DNA of 64,000 nucleotides from an uncultured Mycoplasma sp. (GTDB lineage Bacteria; Bacillota_I; Bacilli_A; Mycoplasmatales; Metamycoplasmataceae): NCBI GenBank assembly GCA_947040455.1, contig CAMRBN010000002.1, positions 11,856 to 75,855 of the forward strand, read 5' to 3'. Shown piece by piece: positions 54,561 to 64,000 of this stretch (position 1 is its first letter; each line of letters starts with the position of its first letter). The notes under the pieces were generated by a model. It saw only the letters and a program-made list of their open reading frames with translations, ran no database searches and was not told where the DNA came from. The position numbers and the translations under genes were made by a program.

Positions 54561-55589
54561 ATGGCTATTAATTTAAAAGGAAGAAGTTTAGATTCACTTT
54601 TAAACTTTAAAACAGAAGAGGTAAAATATCTATTAGATTTATCTATAGATTTAAAAAAATCGAAATCACAAGGACTACAAACATTAAATAGACCTTTTGT
54701 TGGTAAAAACATAGCAATTATGTTTCAAAAGGACTCAACTAGAACACGTTGCGCTTTTGAAGTTGCTGGTGCTGATTTAGGTGCTGGAGTAACTTATATT
54801 GGTCCTCAAGGTTCTAATTTTGGTAAAAAAGAATCAATAGAAGATACAGCAAAAGTTTTGGGAAGATTCTATGATGGAATTGAATTTAGAGGATATTCTC
54901 AATCAGATATAGATGCTTTGGTAAAGCATTCAGGAGTACCTGTTTGAAATGGTTTAACAGATGAGGAGCACCCTACACAAATAATTGCTGATTTTATGAC
55001 AATGAAAGAAGAGTTGGGTGAATTAAAAAACAAAAAAGTCGTTTTTATTGGTGATATTAAAAATAATATGGGTCACTCAATGCTTATTGGAGCTGCTTTT
55101 ACAGGAATGCATATAACATTATGTGGACCTAAAAGCTATCATTCTGAAATTAGAAAAAGTGTGATTGAAGATTGTGAAAAGCTTTTTGAGAGAAATGGTG
55201 GTTCTTTAACATTTAGTGATGATAAAATAAAAGCTGCCGAAGGTGCGGATGTCATTTATACAGATGTTTGAGTTTCATTAGGTGAATCTTTTGAATTATT
55301 TGATGAAAGAATTGGTGAATTGCATGATTTTCAAGTTGATATGAATATGATAAAAAAAGCTAAAGAAAATGTAATATTTTTACATTGTCTACCTGCATTT
55401 CATGATAATCATACTGATTTTTCAAAAGATATTGCAACTAAATTTGGTAAAAAATACCCCCTTGTTAAAAATGGCGCTATGGAAGTTACTGATGAAGTAT
55501 TTCAATCAAAATATAACAAAGCTTTTGATCAAGCTGAAAATAGAATGCATTCAATTAAAGCTATCATGCTTTCTACAATAGGTTATTAA
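54561..55589 (+). CDS. argF: Ornithine carbamoyltransferase (catabolic)
   Basis: ...[13 protein letters not shown]... (STRTR), ...HPTQ..., ...HCLPA... Three pieces share one frame. Confidence 0.95.
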
Positions 55590-55593
55590 TTGC

Positions 55594-56523
55594 ATGTCTA
55601 GAATTGTAATTGCATTAGGAGGAAATGCTCTAGGAAATAATCCTGAAGAGCAAAAAACCCTAGTTAAAATACCAGCAAAAAAAATTGTTTCTTTAATAAA
55701 AGATGGTCATCAGGTAATTGTAGGTCATGGAAATGGTCCTCAAGTTGGAATGATTTTCAACTCTTTTTCAGATGCAAAGTCATTTAACGATAAAACTCCA
55801 TCAGTACCATTCGCAGAAGCAGGAGCGATGTCTCAAGGTTATATTGGTTTTCATTTAATGACGGCAATACAAAATGAATTTTTTAAATTGAATATTGACA
55901 AAGAATTAGTCTATTATTTGACTCAAACAATAGTTGATGAAAATGATCCTGCATTTCAAAATCCGACAAAACCAGTAGGTCCATTTTATAAAACTTTAAA
56001 AATGTGTGAAAAAAACAATCCAAATAGTATAATTATAGAAGACGCCGGAAGAGGATTTAGAAAAGTTGTTGCAAGTCCGATGCCAATAGATTTTATTGGC
56101 ATTGAAACTTTTAAGAAGACAGTTGAATCTGGAGCTTGCGTTATTTTGGCTGGTGGCGGCGGCATTCCAACCATTAAAAATGAATATGGATATAAAGGTG
56201 TGGATGGCGTTATTGACAAAGATTTTGCATTATCTAAAATAAGTGATAAACTTGATGCTGATATATTGATTATTTTAACGGCTGTTGAAAAAATATTTAT
56301 TAACTATAATAAACCAAATCAAGAATCATTAAATTTAGTAACTGTAAGTCAACTGGAAAAACATATTGAGGATAATCAATTTGCTCCTGGAAGTATGCTT
56401 CCTAAAGTTCAAGCTGCTATTGAATTTGTTAAAAAAGATTCCAATCGTGTTGCCATTATTGCAGATTTGAACAAAGTCCAAGAAGCTATGGATGGAAAAT
56501 CTGGAACAAAAATAATATATTAA
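55594..56523 (+). CDS. arcC: Carbamate kinase
   Basis: MSRIVIALGGNALG...HGNGPQVG...GGGGIP... The ORF is uninterrupted. Confidence 0.95.
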   Translation: MSRIVIALGGNALGNNPEEQKTLVKIPAKKIVSLIKDGHQVIVGHGNGPQVGMIFNSFSDAKSFNDKTPSVPFAEAGAMSQGYIGFHLMTAIQNEFFKLNIDKELVYYLTQTIVDENDPAFQNPTKPVGPFYKTLKMCEKNNPNSIIIEDAGRGFRKVVASPMPIDFIGIETFKKTVESGACVILAGGGGIPTIKNEYGYKGVDGVIDKDFALSKISDKLDADILIILTAVEKIFINYNKPNQESLNLVTVSQLEKHIEDNQFAPGSMLPKVQAAIEFVKKDSNRVAIIADLNKVQEAMDGKSGTKIIY

Positions 56524-56551
56524 TTTAAATATCATGAAAGGAATTTAATTT

Positions 56552-58183
56552 ATGTCTAAAAAATTTATGACAAAAAAGTCAAAAAATAATGATTCGCAAG
56601 AAAGTATTGCCAATGCGCCATTAAAGAAAAAGATTTCCTTTTTTTCAGCAATGCTTGTTGTTGTTGGTTCTTCTGTTGGGGCGGGAATATTTTTAAAATC
56701 AAAATCTGTTTTAGAAGGTTCTCACGGAAGTTTGGTATTGGCTATTTTTACTTGAATAATAGCTGCTTTTGCAGTTATTGCAATGGCTTTATCTTTAATT
56801 GAAATAGCAAGTGCTAGAAATGACAACTTATCTTTAATTGGGTGATGTAAAACTTTTAATTCAAGATTTATATATAAAGCTTCTAAAAATTTTATGTTTT
56901 ATATATATTTGCCACTAACTTACTTTTTTATGCCATTGTATTTCATAATACAATTACAGGATGGGATTGGAGTTTGGACTCATAGTACAATTACGAATGG
57001 CCAAGCGTCCTTGGCTCCATTCTCGTTTGGAACAAGTGTGGATTGATTGATATGACTATTTATTATCTTTGGAATAATGAGTTACTTTACAATTGTTTCA
57101 GGATATTCTTCTAGAGTTGGTAATGTTCAAAATTTAGCAATAACAGCTGTTAAGTTTATTCCTTTAGTAGTAGCTGCAATAATTGGATTTGTTTTTGTTG
57201 GTGTAGGAGCTACGCCTGATGAACCAATAACTCCTGGTTTTAAACCAGAAGAACAAGTTAATTCTTTAGCATCTATGACTCCTGGTTTTGGAATGTTTAT
57301 TGCTATGGCGGGAATATTCTTTGCATATGATGGATTTTATGTAACATCAGGTTTACAAACTGAAATGGCTGAACCTAAAAAAACTCCAATGGCTATTTTA
57401 TTTGGTTTAGGAATTGTAACAATAATTTATTTAACAATTGCAATATCAATGTCTTTAAATGGTGATGGATCATTCTATGGATTTGGAGCATGATTAATGG
57501 AAAGTGGCCAAGGGTGAGTTTTTGGTTTGGTTAATATTTTGATAGCGATTGGTATTTTAGGTATTATTAACGGATTTGCTATGTGAGCACCAAGATTTAT
57601 TGAAGATTTAGTTAAAGAAGATGAATTACCATTTTCTTCAAAATTTAAAAATAAATTAAATCCTCATAAACCAAAAATTGGAATTATGTACTCTCTTGTA
57701 ATGTCTATACCAATTGTTTTATTATTTACTATAATTGGTGTCTTTGCTTATATACCTGGTGGATATGAAGGCGCTGAATATGGATCAGGAATGGAAAATC
57801 TTTATAATTTTGCAGATTTAATGGCTAATTGAACCGCTCTCTTTACTTTTGCGTTCATTGTAGCTTCTATATATGGTTGTTTAAAAAATAGAAAAACCAA
57901 AAAAATAGTTACTGAACAAAAAAAATATTTCAAGCCAATGGCTATTACATCAATTGTAATAATGTCAGTCGCTTTATTTGTAACAATTTTTGCTCCAATA
58001 TTTGATCTTATGGCAATATTTTATTTTAAAGAATTAACAAATGAAGACATAATTAGTAGAGTTATGTTGGTTGTTGTATTGATTTTATTTTTAGCACTAA
58101 CATTTTTACCAACATTTATTGAAGACCACTTGAATAAACGTAAAGGTACCTTAGTTTATGATGAAGTTAAAACTTTAAAATAG
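56552..58183 (+). CDS. APC-family amino acid permease, probable arginine/ornithine exchanger by operon context
   Basis: Three pieces share one frame. ...VVGSSVGAGIFLKS...FFAYDGFY... It is the last gene of the arc operon. Confidence 0.7.
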
Positions 58184-58206
58184 TTAATTAATCAAATTAA
58201 ACTTCC

Positions 58207-58238
58207 AAAACACCTCTTTTAAAAGGGGTGTTTTTTTA
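58207..58238 (+). terminator. Rho-independent terminator after the arc operon
   Basis: AAACACCTC pairs with GGGGTGTTT, followed by T7. Confidence 0.75.
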
Positions 58239-58383
58239 TTTATAAAAGTAAATATTGAGCTTAGATAATTATGGATTTCAGTGTGTTTATCTATTGGAAA
58301 ATTTTAAATACTGACCTGCTTAATTTAGTATAATTGTTAATACATTAAAATAAAACCTTTATTTTAAATGAAAGAAGACAATT

Positions 58384-59184
58384 GTGAAAAAACTATTAGT
58401 ACCATTAGTAATTGTAATAGCTTTTGCCCCAATTACCACAACACTAATTCGTTGTTCTGTAATTATCGATGAAGATTTTGGTGGTGAGACTGACGATGTA
58501 AGAAAATATGTTAATTGATCAGAAGATGTAACTATAACAAGTGAATTAGAGGGTAAAGCTCCACCATGGTCAGATAATATTAATTATCCCGAAGGTGGAA
58601 TAAAAGCTGAAACACATAAAATTGGAAATTGAGTAGAGGGAACATATGGACCTGTTTGAGAACCAATAATGTACAACTTTCATTTCAAACTTGATTCATA
58701 TCAAATGAAATCATATTATAGAGATGATCAGAACAGTCCTGCAGAAGCAGAAGCGCTATACAATGAACCTTTTACCGCGGATATTCCAGCATATTTTGAT
58801 AAAGATGGTGTATTTAAACTTCAACCAACTCAAATAAAACCAAAAAACTCATCAACAATTCCATATTTAAAATGAACAGGTCAAACTTCTAATTCAAATA
58901 TTTTATATACTACTAATGGAGAATATCTTTGATTTCTAAATACTAATGGACAAGGAATGAGTTTTAAAGGTAATGGGAGCGGCAATGTCCAAGGACTAAC
59001 TCTTAGTGTTGGAGATACTTATTCTGGTTTGATAGGTTATAATCGTGGTTTTGCTAATGTTACAAAGGACCAATATTCAAAATATACCAATGTTCCTCTA
59101 ATGAAAGAAAATAGAATTTATAGTGTATATAATTCTAAATATTCTTTTACAGTTTCTCGCCCAAGTATAAATCAGGATAAATAA
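58384..59184 (+). CDS. Hypothetical lipoprotein (about 266 aa)
   Basis: GTG start at 58384. The signal peptide KKLLVPLVIVIAFAPITTTLIRC ends in a Cys. Pieces 58669-58875 and 58957-59184 share one frame. Confidence 0.5.
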
Positions 59185-59194
59185 ATTTACTTTT

Positions 59195-59470
59195 ATGAAA
59201 AAGAATAATTTGTTAATTTTTAAATCTTTATTACCAATATTGCCATTAATTACTTTGGCAATATTTCCTACTTTCATTGATTCTATAGAAGAAATGAATC
59301 AGTCATTAAATAATAAAAATCAAACAACTTCTGTCCAAAATCAAGAAATTAATTTTGAAACAACAATAGAATTAACTAAGTTTGCTTCAGGAACCCAAAA
59401 TTTATTTAATCATAGTCTAGACAAAGTGGTTTTATTAATATGGATAATTAAAGATATTAAAAATATATAA
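59195..59470 (+). CDS. Small hypothetical secreted or membrane protein (91 aa)
   Basis: The ORF is intact, with the N-terminal hydrophobic segment MKKNNLLIFKSLLPILPLITLAIFPTF. It lies 10 nt after the lipoprotein gene. Confidence 0.4.
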   Translation: MKKNNLLIFKSLLPILPLITLAIFPTFIDSIEEMNQSLNNKNQTTSVQNQEINFETTIELTKFASGTQNLFNHSLDKVVLLIWIIKDIKNI

Positions 59471-59477
59471 TTTTAAT

Positions 59478-60707
59478 ATGAACAAACTTATTTCCAATTA
59501 TTTAAAACCAGAAAACATTGATGACATAATCGGTCAATCTCATTTACTAAACAAAAATGGGATTATTAAAAAAATGATAGAGAATCAAAAATTATTTTCT
59601 TGTATTTTTTATGGACCTCCTGGAACTGGGAAAACATCAATGGCAATATCTATTTCCAATACCCTAGATGTTGAGTATGCTTTATTTAATCCAACAATCA
59701 ATAAAAAAAATGATTTGGATAAATTATTATCCAAACACGTTGGTAATGATTATTTTATTATTATCATTGATGAATTTCACAGAATGAATAAGGATAAGCA
59801 AGATATATTATTGTCCTATTTAGAAAAGGGAAATTTAATTGTCTTTGGAACGACAACAGAAAATCCATTCTTTGTAGTTAATCCAGCGATAAGAAGTAGA
59901 TGTCAAATCATTCAATTAAAACAATTAAATAAAAGTGAAATTCTGGAAGGTTTAATTAAGATTTCAAAGAAATTAGAGATGAAGATTTCTGAAGAAGTAC
60001 TTGAAATAATTTCCATAAATACAGATGGTGATTTAAGAAAAGCAATTAATACATTAGATGTTATTAATTCGTTATATAAAGATGTGGAAATCACGCAAGA
60101 GATATTGAATGAGGTTAGTCCGCTAACTTCGTCATTGTCAGCAAACTATGGTGATGAGTTTTATGATTTACAATCAGCCTTCCATAAATCAATTAGAGGA
60201 AGTGATCCAGATGCAGCAATTTATTATTTGTCAAGATTAATTAAAGCAGGTGATTTGATTTCTATTTCTAGAAGAATCATTGCTTCATCTTATGAAGATA
60301 TCGGCCTTGCTAATCCTACATTACTTTCAAGAGTAGTTATTGCGATGGACGCAGTTGTTAAAGTAGGTTTTCCAGAAGCACACCAAATTTTAGCAACCAC
60401 AGTTATTGAGATGTGTTTATCGCCAAAGTCCAATTCTGCTTACTTGGCAATCAATAAAGCTCTCTCAAGTCTTGAAACTGGTGAGTTATATCGTGTTCCG
60501 AGCCATATAAGAGACCAAAGTTACAAATCCCATGCGAAATTAGGTATTGTGGGTTACAAGTACCCTCATGACTTTAAAAACGCATGAGTAGAACAACAAT
60601 ACTTGCCAAATGAAATCAAACATAACAAATATTACCAACCTAATCCAGATAGTAAGTTAGAAGCAAGAATGATTGAAGTTTGAAATAATAATAAATGAAC
60701 AAAATAA
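59478..60707 (+). CDS. rarA: Replication-associated recombination protein A (AAA+ ATPase)
   Basis: ...IIGQSHLL...FYGPPGTGKTS...IIIDEFHRMNK...GDLRKAIN...HKSIRGSDPDAAIYYL... The frame extends through TGA codons to TAA at 60705. Confidence 0.85.
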
Positions 60708-60735
60708 AAGCACTTAACTAAAAGTGCTTTTATTT
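60707..60735. terminator. Hairpin terminator between convergent rarA and ssrA
   Basis: AAAGCACTT pairs with AAGTGCTTT, followed by a T run. Confidence 0.65.
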
Positions 60736-60763
60736 AATTTTCTTGGTGATTAATTAAAATCAT

Positions 60764-61148
60764 TGGTGGAGATGCCGGGAGTCGAACCCGGGTCCAAGAG
60801 TAAAACAAAATCATTCGTCTACAGTTTAGGTTATTTATATTTTACAACTATCTATTATTTAAATAAACAAAACTAATTAGTAGAGGTTGATTAAAAATTC
60901 TTTGGGCTTTAATCAAAATCCACCCGCATATCCTAAAATAATATTATTAAAGCCAAGGAAAGCAATAATAACAACTAGTCGCTAAATTAAGCAAATACTA
61001 GATTTGATTGGTTTGAAGAAAACGCAATATTTGAGTAATCTTCGTTTGTTTGTTCTTTTCCGTTTATAAAAAAGCCTAATAGTATTTATAGTCTACTACA
61101 CTACTGCAAAATAACAAGCATCAAACTTGTCGAATCCTTTACATCCCC
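60764..61148 (-). ncRNA. ssrA: tmRNA (SsrA)
   Basis: On the minus strand the 5' end is GGGGATGTAAAGGATTCGAC and the 3' end is GGTTCGACTCCCGGCATCTCCACCA. The internal tag frame GGA AAA GAA...CTA GTA TTT GCT TAA encodes GKEQTNEDYSNIAFSSNQSNLVFA (about 60987-61061). Confidence 0.9.
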
Positions 61149-61153
61149 ATGTT

Positions 61154-61582
61154 TTACAAAATACTTTTTAATCGTTTCTTTTCATCTCGTTCAATTATGT
61201 AAGATCTTTTATCAGCTTTGTTTCGTCCTTTACCAAGACCAATTTCTAATTTGATATTTCCCTTATCTCATAATAAAGCCAATGGAATAATCGAGTATTT
61301 ATATTTTTGTTGTTTTGTTAAAATTTTGTTTAATTCACTTCTGTGTAAAAGTAATTTTCTTGCTCGAGTTTCATCTCCTTCAACTAACATATATTTTGAA
61401 ATATGCATATTGGAAACAAATAACTCATTTTTTAAAAATGAACAAAAGGAATTTTTCAAATTTACATTATTGGCTCTAATAGATTTAACTTCTCAACCTA
61501 ACAAAGACATTCCGCAAACATATTTTTCAATTATTTCATAATCAAAATTAGCGATTTTATTTTTACTTATAACTTTAGACAT
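61154..61582 (-). CDS. smpB: SsrA-binding protein
   Basis: [36 protein letters not shown]...RKLLLHRSEL...IIPLALLWDKGNIKLEIGLGKGRNKADKR... The stop lies 5 nt before the tmRNA 5' end. Confidence 0.9.
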
Positions 61583-61652
61583 TTCAACTCATTTTAACAA
61601 CTTAATTTTATCACAAATAACATACACTTCGTTTATCTTGTATGAAAAGAAT

Positions 61653-63734
61653 TTATAGAGGTGCTACAATTGTTCCATCAACCTTGCCTTCTAATTTGGA
61701 AACAGATATTATTTTTACTGAGACAATATCTCCAACAGTATACTCTTCATTGTCGTTATATAGTTTTAAACCATTATTAGAAAGATTGTATGGTCCATAA
61801 GGAATATTTGTGACATGGACAAATCCACAAACTTTATCATCAAAATCAACAAAAATTCCAAATTTCTTAATTGAAACAATCATTCCCCTTTTTACATTCC
61901 CAATTTGTTTTTCATAAAATTCAGCTTTTTTAACATCATAAATTTTTCTTTCTATAGATACAGCTAATTCTTCTTGCTTAGATGATTGATTACAAATCAA
62001 ATCAATTTTACTACCTATTTCTTGAACGTATGATTTATTTTTTTTGATAATCACTTCTCATATAATTCTATGTAAAATTAAATCTGGATATCTTCTTATT
62101 GGTGAAGTGAAGTGAGAATAATATTCAGATGCTAAACCAAAATGACCGATATTGTTTGAATCATATTTTGCTTTTTGCATTGTTCTTAATAAAGATATTT
62201 TAATTAAATCGTCAAATCTAATATCTTTGATTTGTTGAATCGCTCTAGAAAAATCTGTTGGTTTTCCTGAAACAGGAATTTTCACATTAATTTTTAAAAT
62301 GTTTACAATTTCTTGTAATAATGTTATTTTTTCAATGCTTGGTGATTCATGAACTCTATAAATGCTAGGAATTTTTAAATCACTTACAATTTTGGAAACG
62401 GTTTCATTTGCAAAAACCATAAAATTTTCTATTAGAATTTCGGATGATTTTCTTTTTTTGATTGAAATACTTTTTGTTTGACCTTTTTCATCTAATTTAA
62501 TAACAGGTTCTTCAATTTCAAAATCAATGTATCCTTCGTTTTTTTTCTTGGTGGAAAGAATGTGAGACAGTTCATAAGATTGCTCCAACATCATTACTAA
62601 ATCCTTGTCTTTGCTAATTTCCTCATTATTTTTAAAATCAGCTACTTGGTTATATGTTAAACGATGCTTGCTATTTATCATGGCAGGAAACAATTTCTTT
62701 TTAATTGCTTCTCCTTTTTTATCAACTTCCAATTCTAATGCCAAAACAAAACGATCAACATTGGGATTTAATGAACAAATTCCATTTGATAAAACCTCAG
62801 GCAACATAGGAATTACTTTGTCTATTAAGTAAATAGAAGTAGCTCTTGAAAAGGCTTGCTTATCTATTGCGCTTCCTTCTTGAACATAATAAGCAACATC
62901 AGCAATGTAAACTCCTAATTTATAATTTCCGTTACTTAACTTTTCAACATGTATTGCATCGTCGAAATCTTTTGTAGATTCTCCATCAATTGTAACAATC
63001 ATTTTATTTCTGAGATCCACACGATCAAATTCTTTGGCATTTTCAATTGTTTGTGGAACCTTTTCAGATTCTGATACAACTTCTGGATTAAATTTGTCAT
63101 CAATTTCCATAGATTCCAAAATAACATTAATATCAGCATAAGGTGTATAAATGTTAGAAATATTTTTTATTATTTCTAAGACAATATGATCGTTATTTAT
63201 ATTTTGGATTTTTGCCTTGATAAAAGTATCATCTTCTAACATTTCTTTGTTGGAAAAACGGAATCTATTATTAACTTTGGTATTTAATGGAATAAAATCA
63301 AAAAATCCTCTTTCATTTTTTTTAATTCTTCCAAAAAGAAAATCATTTTTTCTTTTAATTATCTTAACTACAATACCTGTCAATGAATCTTTTTTGAAAG
63401 TGTCTTTTATAAGGATTACTTCAACTTCATCTTCATCCATTGCTCCATGAGTATTGTTGGAAGAAACAAAAGCAGAATCTTGTCCCGGAACTTCTACAAA
63501 ACCAAATCCCTTAGGATTTATTTTAATTTTAGTAATAATTTTATCTATTATTATTGGGATAAAAAAATTCTTTTTGGCATTTTGTATAATAATTCCTTCT
63601 CTTATTAATGAATTTAGGAATATGGTTAATTCTTTGTTTTTATTAATAGGAATTCTAAATGTTTTGGCAATATCGATAAAAGTAACTTCTTTGTTTTCAT
63701 CAATAAAATTTTTTAAATCTTCAACATTAAGCAT
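61653..63734 (-). CDS. rnr: Ribonuclease R
   Basis: The 62058-63734 RNB-domain piece (...DGESTKDFDDAIHV...HFGLASEYYSHFTSPIRRYPDL...) and the 61653-62054 S1-domain piece share one frame, joined by TGA at 62058. Confidence 0.9.
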
Positions 63735-63975
63735 CCAAGTTCACGTAAATTCTTACAATAATTGCAATTATAATTAACAAAATACCACTAATAATCATTG
63801 ATCACTTAAGAAATAATTTGTAACCCTTTTCTTTTGAAACATTAAATAATTCTAAATCTGATGAACCAACTAAAGCTCCTGAAAATGAGTTAGAATCAGG
63901 CGCCATTAAAAAACCAATAAATATCAAAAAAACAGATATTGATAATAATATAATCATTAAAATTGTAGCAATCAT
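63727..63975 (-). CDS. secG: Preprotein translocase subunit SecG
   Basis: Reverse ATG at 63973-63975. MIATILMIILLSISVFLIFIGFLMAPDSNSFSGALVGSSDLELF... has two TM segments. The call is supported by the conserved secG-rnr-smpB order. The stop overlaps the rnr start. Confidence 0.75.
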
Positions 63976-64000
63976 AAAAGTCCTTTATTTGTTTTTTAAA

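Noticed and set aside
61653-62054. A separate 133-aa S1-domain protein downstream of rnr.
   Set aside because: It is in frame with the RNB-domain ORF and joined by a single TGA at 62058. The S1 domain is the normal C-terminus of RNase R.

Overview
This window is a strongly AT-rich, Mycoplasma-type (Mollicutes) chromosomal segment that uses genetic code 4 (TGA = Trp). Nearly every long gene in the ORF track is split only at in-frame TGA codons. Each fuses into one frame when TGA is read through, for example rpoB, rpoC, valS, oppF, arcA, rnr and fruA. I support about 60 protein genes, an orphan 5S rRNA, tRNA-Leu(UAA) and tmRNA. I see no CRISPR array, IS element or prophage. The order on the + strand is: an ECF-S-like membrane protein, oppABCDF, valS-folD, infC(ATT start)-rpmI-rplT, an APC permease, mnmA, pstS-pstCA-pstB-phoU, rpsP-trmD-rplS, a ROK kinase, 5S rRNA-whiA, rpoB-rpoC, gpsA, tRNA-Leu, ppa-pnuC, rplU-rpmA, the arginine deiminase operon arcA-argF-arcC-permease, two unknown secreted proteins, and rarA. 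The order on the - strand is: fruR-fruA-fruK, hslO, glyA, a 6TM K+ channel, rpsO, ribF, a HAD phosphatase, truB, and secG-rnr-smpB-ssrA. The least ordinary stretch is the minus-strand cluster at 49103-52378. It has two tandem paralogous small membrane proteins, and the first carries a (CA)8 plus A7 slippage-prone tract right after its start codon. These are followed by a 530-aa lipoprotein whose ordered motifs resemble bacterial GT80-type sialyltransferases. Last comes a polytopic membrane protein interrupted by a frameshift at an A6 tract. I propose this cluster as a candidate phase-variable surface-glycoconjugate modification module. That proposal rests on motif recognition from memory and needs HMM and structure confirmation. 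Other notable points are a roughly 460-aa insertion inside the OppF ATPase, three 10-bp direct repeats over the fruR promoter, an orphan 5S rRNA abutting whiA, and L27 without a propeptide or Prp protease gene.
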